DNA from: Okamejei kenojei
Taxonomy: Eukaryota
Assembly (NCBI GenBank): GCA_035221665.1
Contig: CM069140.1
Location: 41,664,001 to 41,728,000, forward strand
DNA: 64,000 nt
Direction: 5' to 3'
The notes below the pieces were generated by a model. It saw only the letters and a program-made list of their open reading frames with translations. It searched no databases and was not told where the DNA came from. Position numbers and translations under genes: made by a program. Position 1 is the first letter of the stretch. Every line of letters begins with the position of its first letter. This document shows, piece after piece, positions 62,846 through 64,000 of this stretch.

Positions 62846-63175
62846 AGGGGCTGTACCACTACTGCGACCTAATCTGTGACTTTAGGAGAGTTTGTCCATG
62901 AATCAATGTCGCAGCACGGTCAACATATGGTCCTAGGAGGTCCTATGAGCTCACTAGAACTCTCCTTCATGCTCAAGGGAAGTTCCCGCATACTCGCGGC
63001 CTCATCTAGGTCGCTGATAATATTTCAGCATGTTGAAAAACTTTCCACGAGTAAAAATTGGTCGGCATGGTTCTTTTGAACTAGTAGTGCTGTGGAGTGG
63101 GGTCGCTATGTAGTTACAGGCAGTGGAGGGCAGCCGTAGGCAATCTCCTTCGCTGACTGGACATTTTAATTGGGC
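62846..63175. mobile_element. Harbinger-type MITE fragment
   Basis: TTA + AGGGGCTGTACCACT..TGCGACCTAAT; resembles the reverse complement of 21590-21835. Confidence 0.7.
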
Positions 63176-63230
63176 ATTTCCCCAGATTTTGAATAAAATT
63201 GTTCACAAAACATCAAAAAAAAATTAAATC

Positions 63231-63522
63231 AAACTGCTGCATGAGTCACAGTGTCACCTCACAGATCCAATCATAATTGATCTCATTTACATATATGACA
63301 TCACAATGGGAGAGGGGTGGGCGATTGGAACCTTCACGTGGCCCCACTAAATTAAACAGCTGCATAAGTCACAGTGCCATCTCACAGATGTACAATCACA
63401 ATGGATCTCATTCACATATGCCATCACGATGGGACAGGTGTGGGAGATTGCAACCTTCACGGTCACACTAAAACCAAACTGCTGCATGAGTCACAGTGCC
63501 ATCTCACAGATGTACAATCACA
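63231..63522. repeat. About 122-bp tandem repeat, 2.4 copies
   Basis: AAAC(T/A)GCTGCAT(G/A)AGTCACAGTG recurs at 63231, 63354 and 63476. Confidence 0.85.
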
Positions 63523-63529
63523 TCACAAT

Positions 63530-64000
63530 TGGGGTAAAAGCGTGCCCAACGTCGTCCTCGTTCTGATGGCCACCTTCCTGTGTGGCTGCATCAGGTGGAG
63601 TGTAGAGCCAAGGCACGTGGGCACCAAGTGTCACTACCTGCTGAGGTTCTACTTGTCCCCGGTGTTGAGAAGGATGGGCCTTGCGCAGGTGCCACGCAAT
63701 GTGCCAGTCAGCTGGACATTGCCGCTCCATCTGTCGTCTGTGGAAGGGTTCTTCTGGACCAACACCTTTGACCACATGTCCATTGGGCAGTGGTCAGCAC
63801 AGAATGTCCTGCAGGCACTGGAGGGAAAGGACTCTATGGACCCGGTGGCGTGGTTCCCTGAGCAGACTGCCCAGCTTGTCTGGCAAAATGCCTCATTGCC
63901 AGAACTCATCAACAAGCACCAAGACCTGGCTTGGCTGGCGGTGAGGGGAGCCCTCCCAGTCAGTTCCTTCCTGCACCGTCGGAACTTCACTGCCAGCGCA
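63530..64000 (+). mobile_element. Tx1-clade LINE ORF2 C-terminal fragment, runs off the window
   Basis: GKSVPNVVLVLMATFLCGCIR and VWQNASLPELINKHQDLAWLAVRGALPV resemble the Tx1 post-RT/zinc-binding region. Confidence 0.75.

Overview
Vertebrate repeat-dominated DNA with no recognisable host protein-coding exon. The repeat set (HE1-type tRNA/V-SINEs, many CR1/HER1-type LINEs, Rex1/Babar, L1, Tx1, RTE, Penelope-like elements) points to a cartilaginous fish, most likely a skate or ray; the region looks intergenic or deep-intronic. The larger structures are: (1) a decayed minus-strand Ty3/Gypsy element (893-10763, TSD AGTGC) inserted in a CR1 tail and itself carrying a complete DIRS tyrosine-recombinase retrotransposon (about 1333-6016) and two nested MITEs; (2) a SINE > Harbinger-type MITE > CR1 > CR1 nest around an assembly gap (17794-21937); (3) a Helitron-like element (22788-23584); (4) a Penelope element with a 14-bp TSD and a hammerhead-like motif (54417-56027); (5) a very young full-length Gypsy element (58025-62713, LTRs differ at one base) inside a Tigger/MER47-like MITE. 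I found no convincing wholly new biological system. The best leads are a 36-bp palindromic array sitting in frame within the DIRS RT, the probably intact Gypsy whose frameshifts look like assembly errors, the MER47-like MITE, a non-coding CpG-rich retroposon with a Rex1-like tail, and hammerhead-like motifs in Penelope-derived repeats. Family names come from motif recognition and memory, not database searches; boundaries without a TSD or TIR are approximate.
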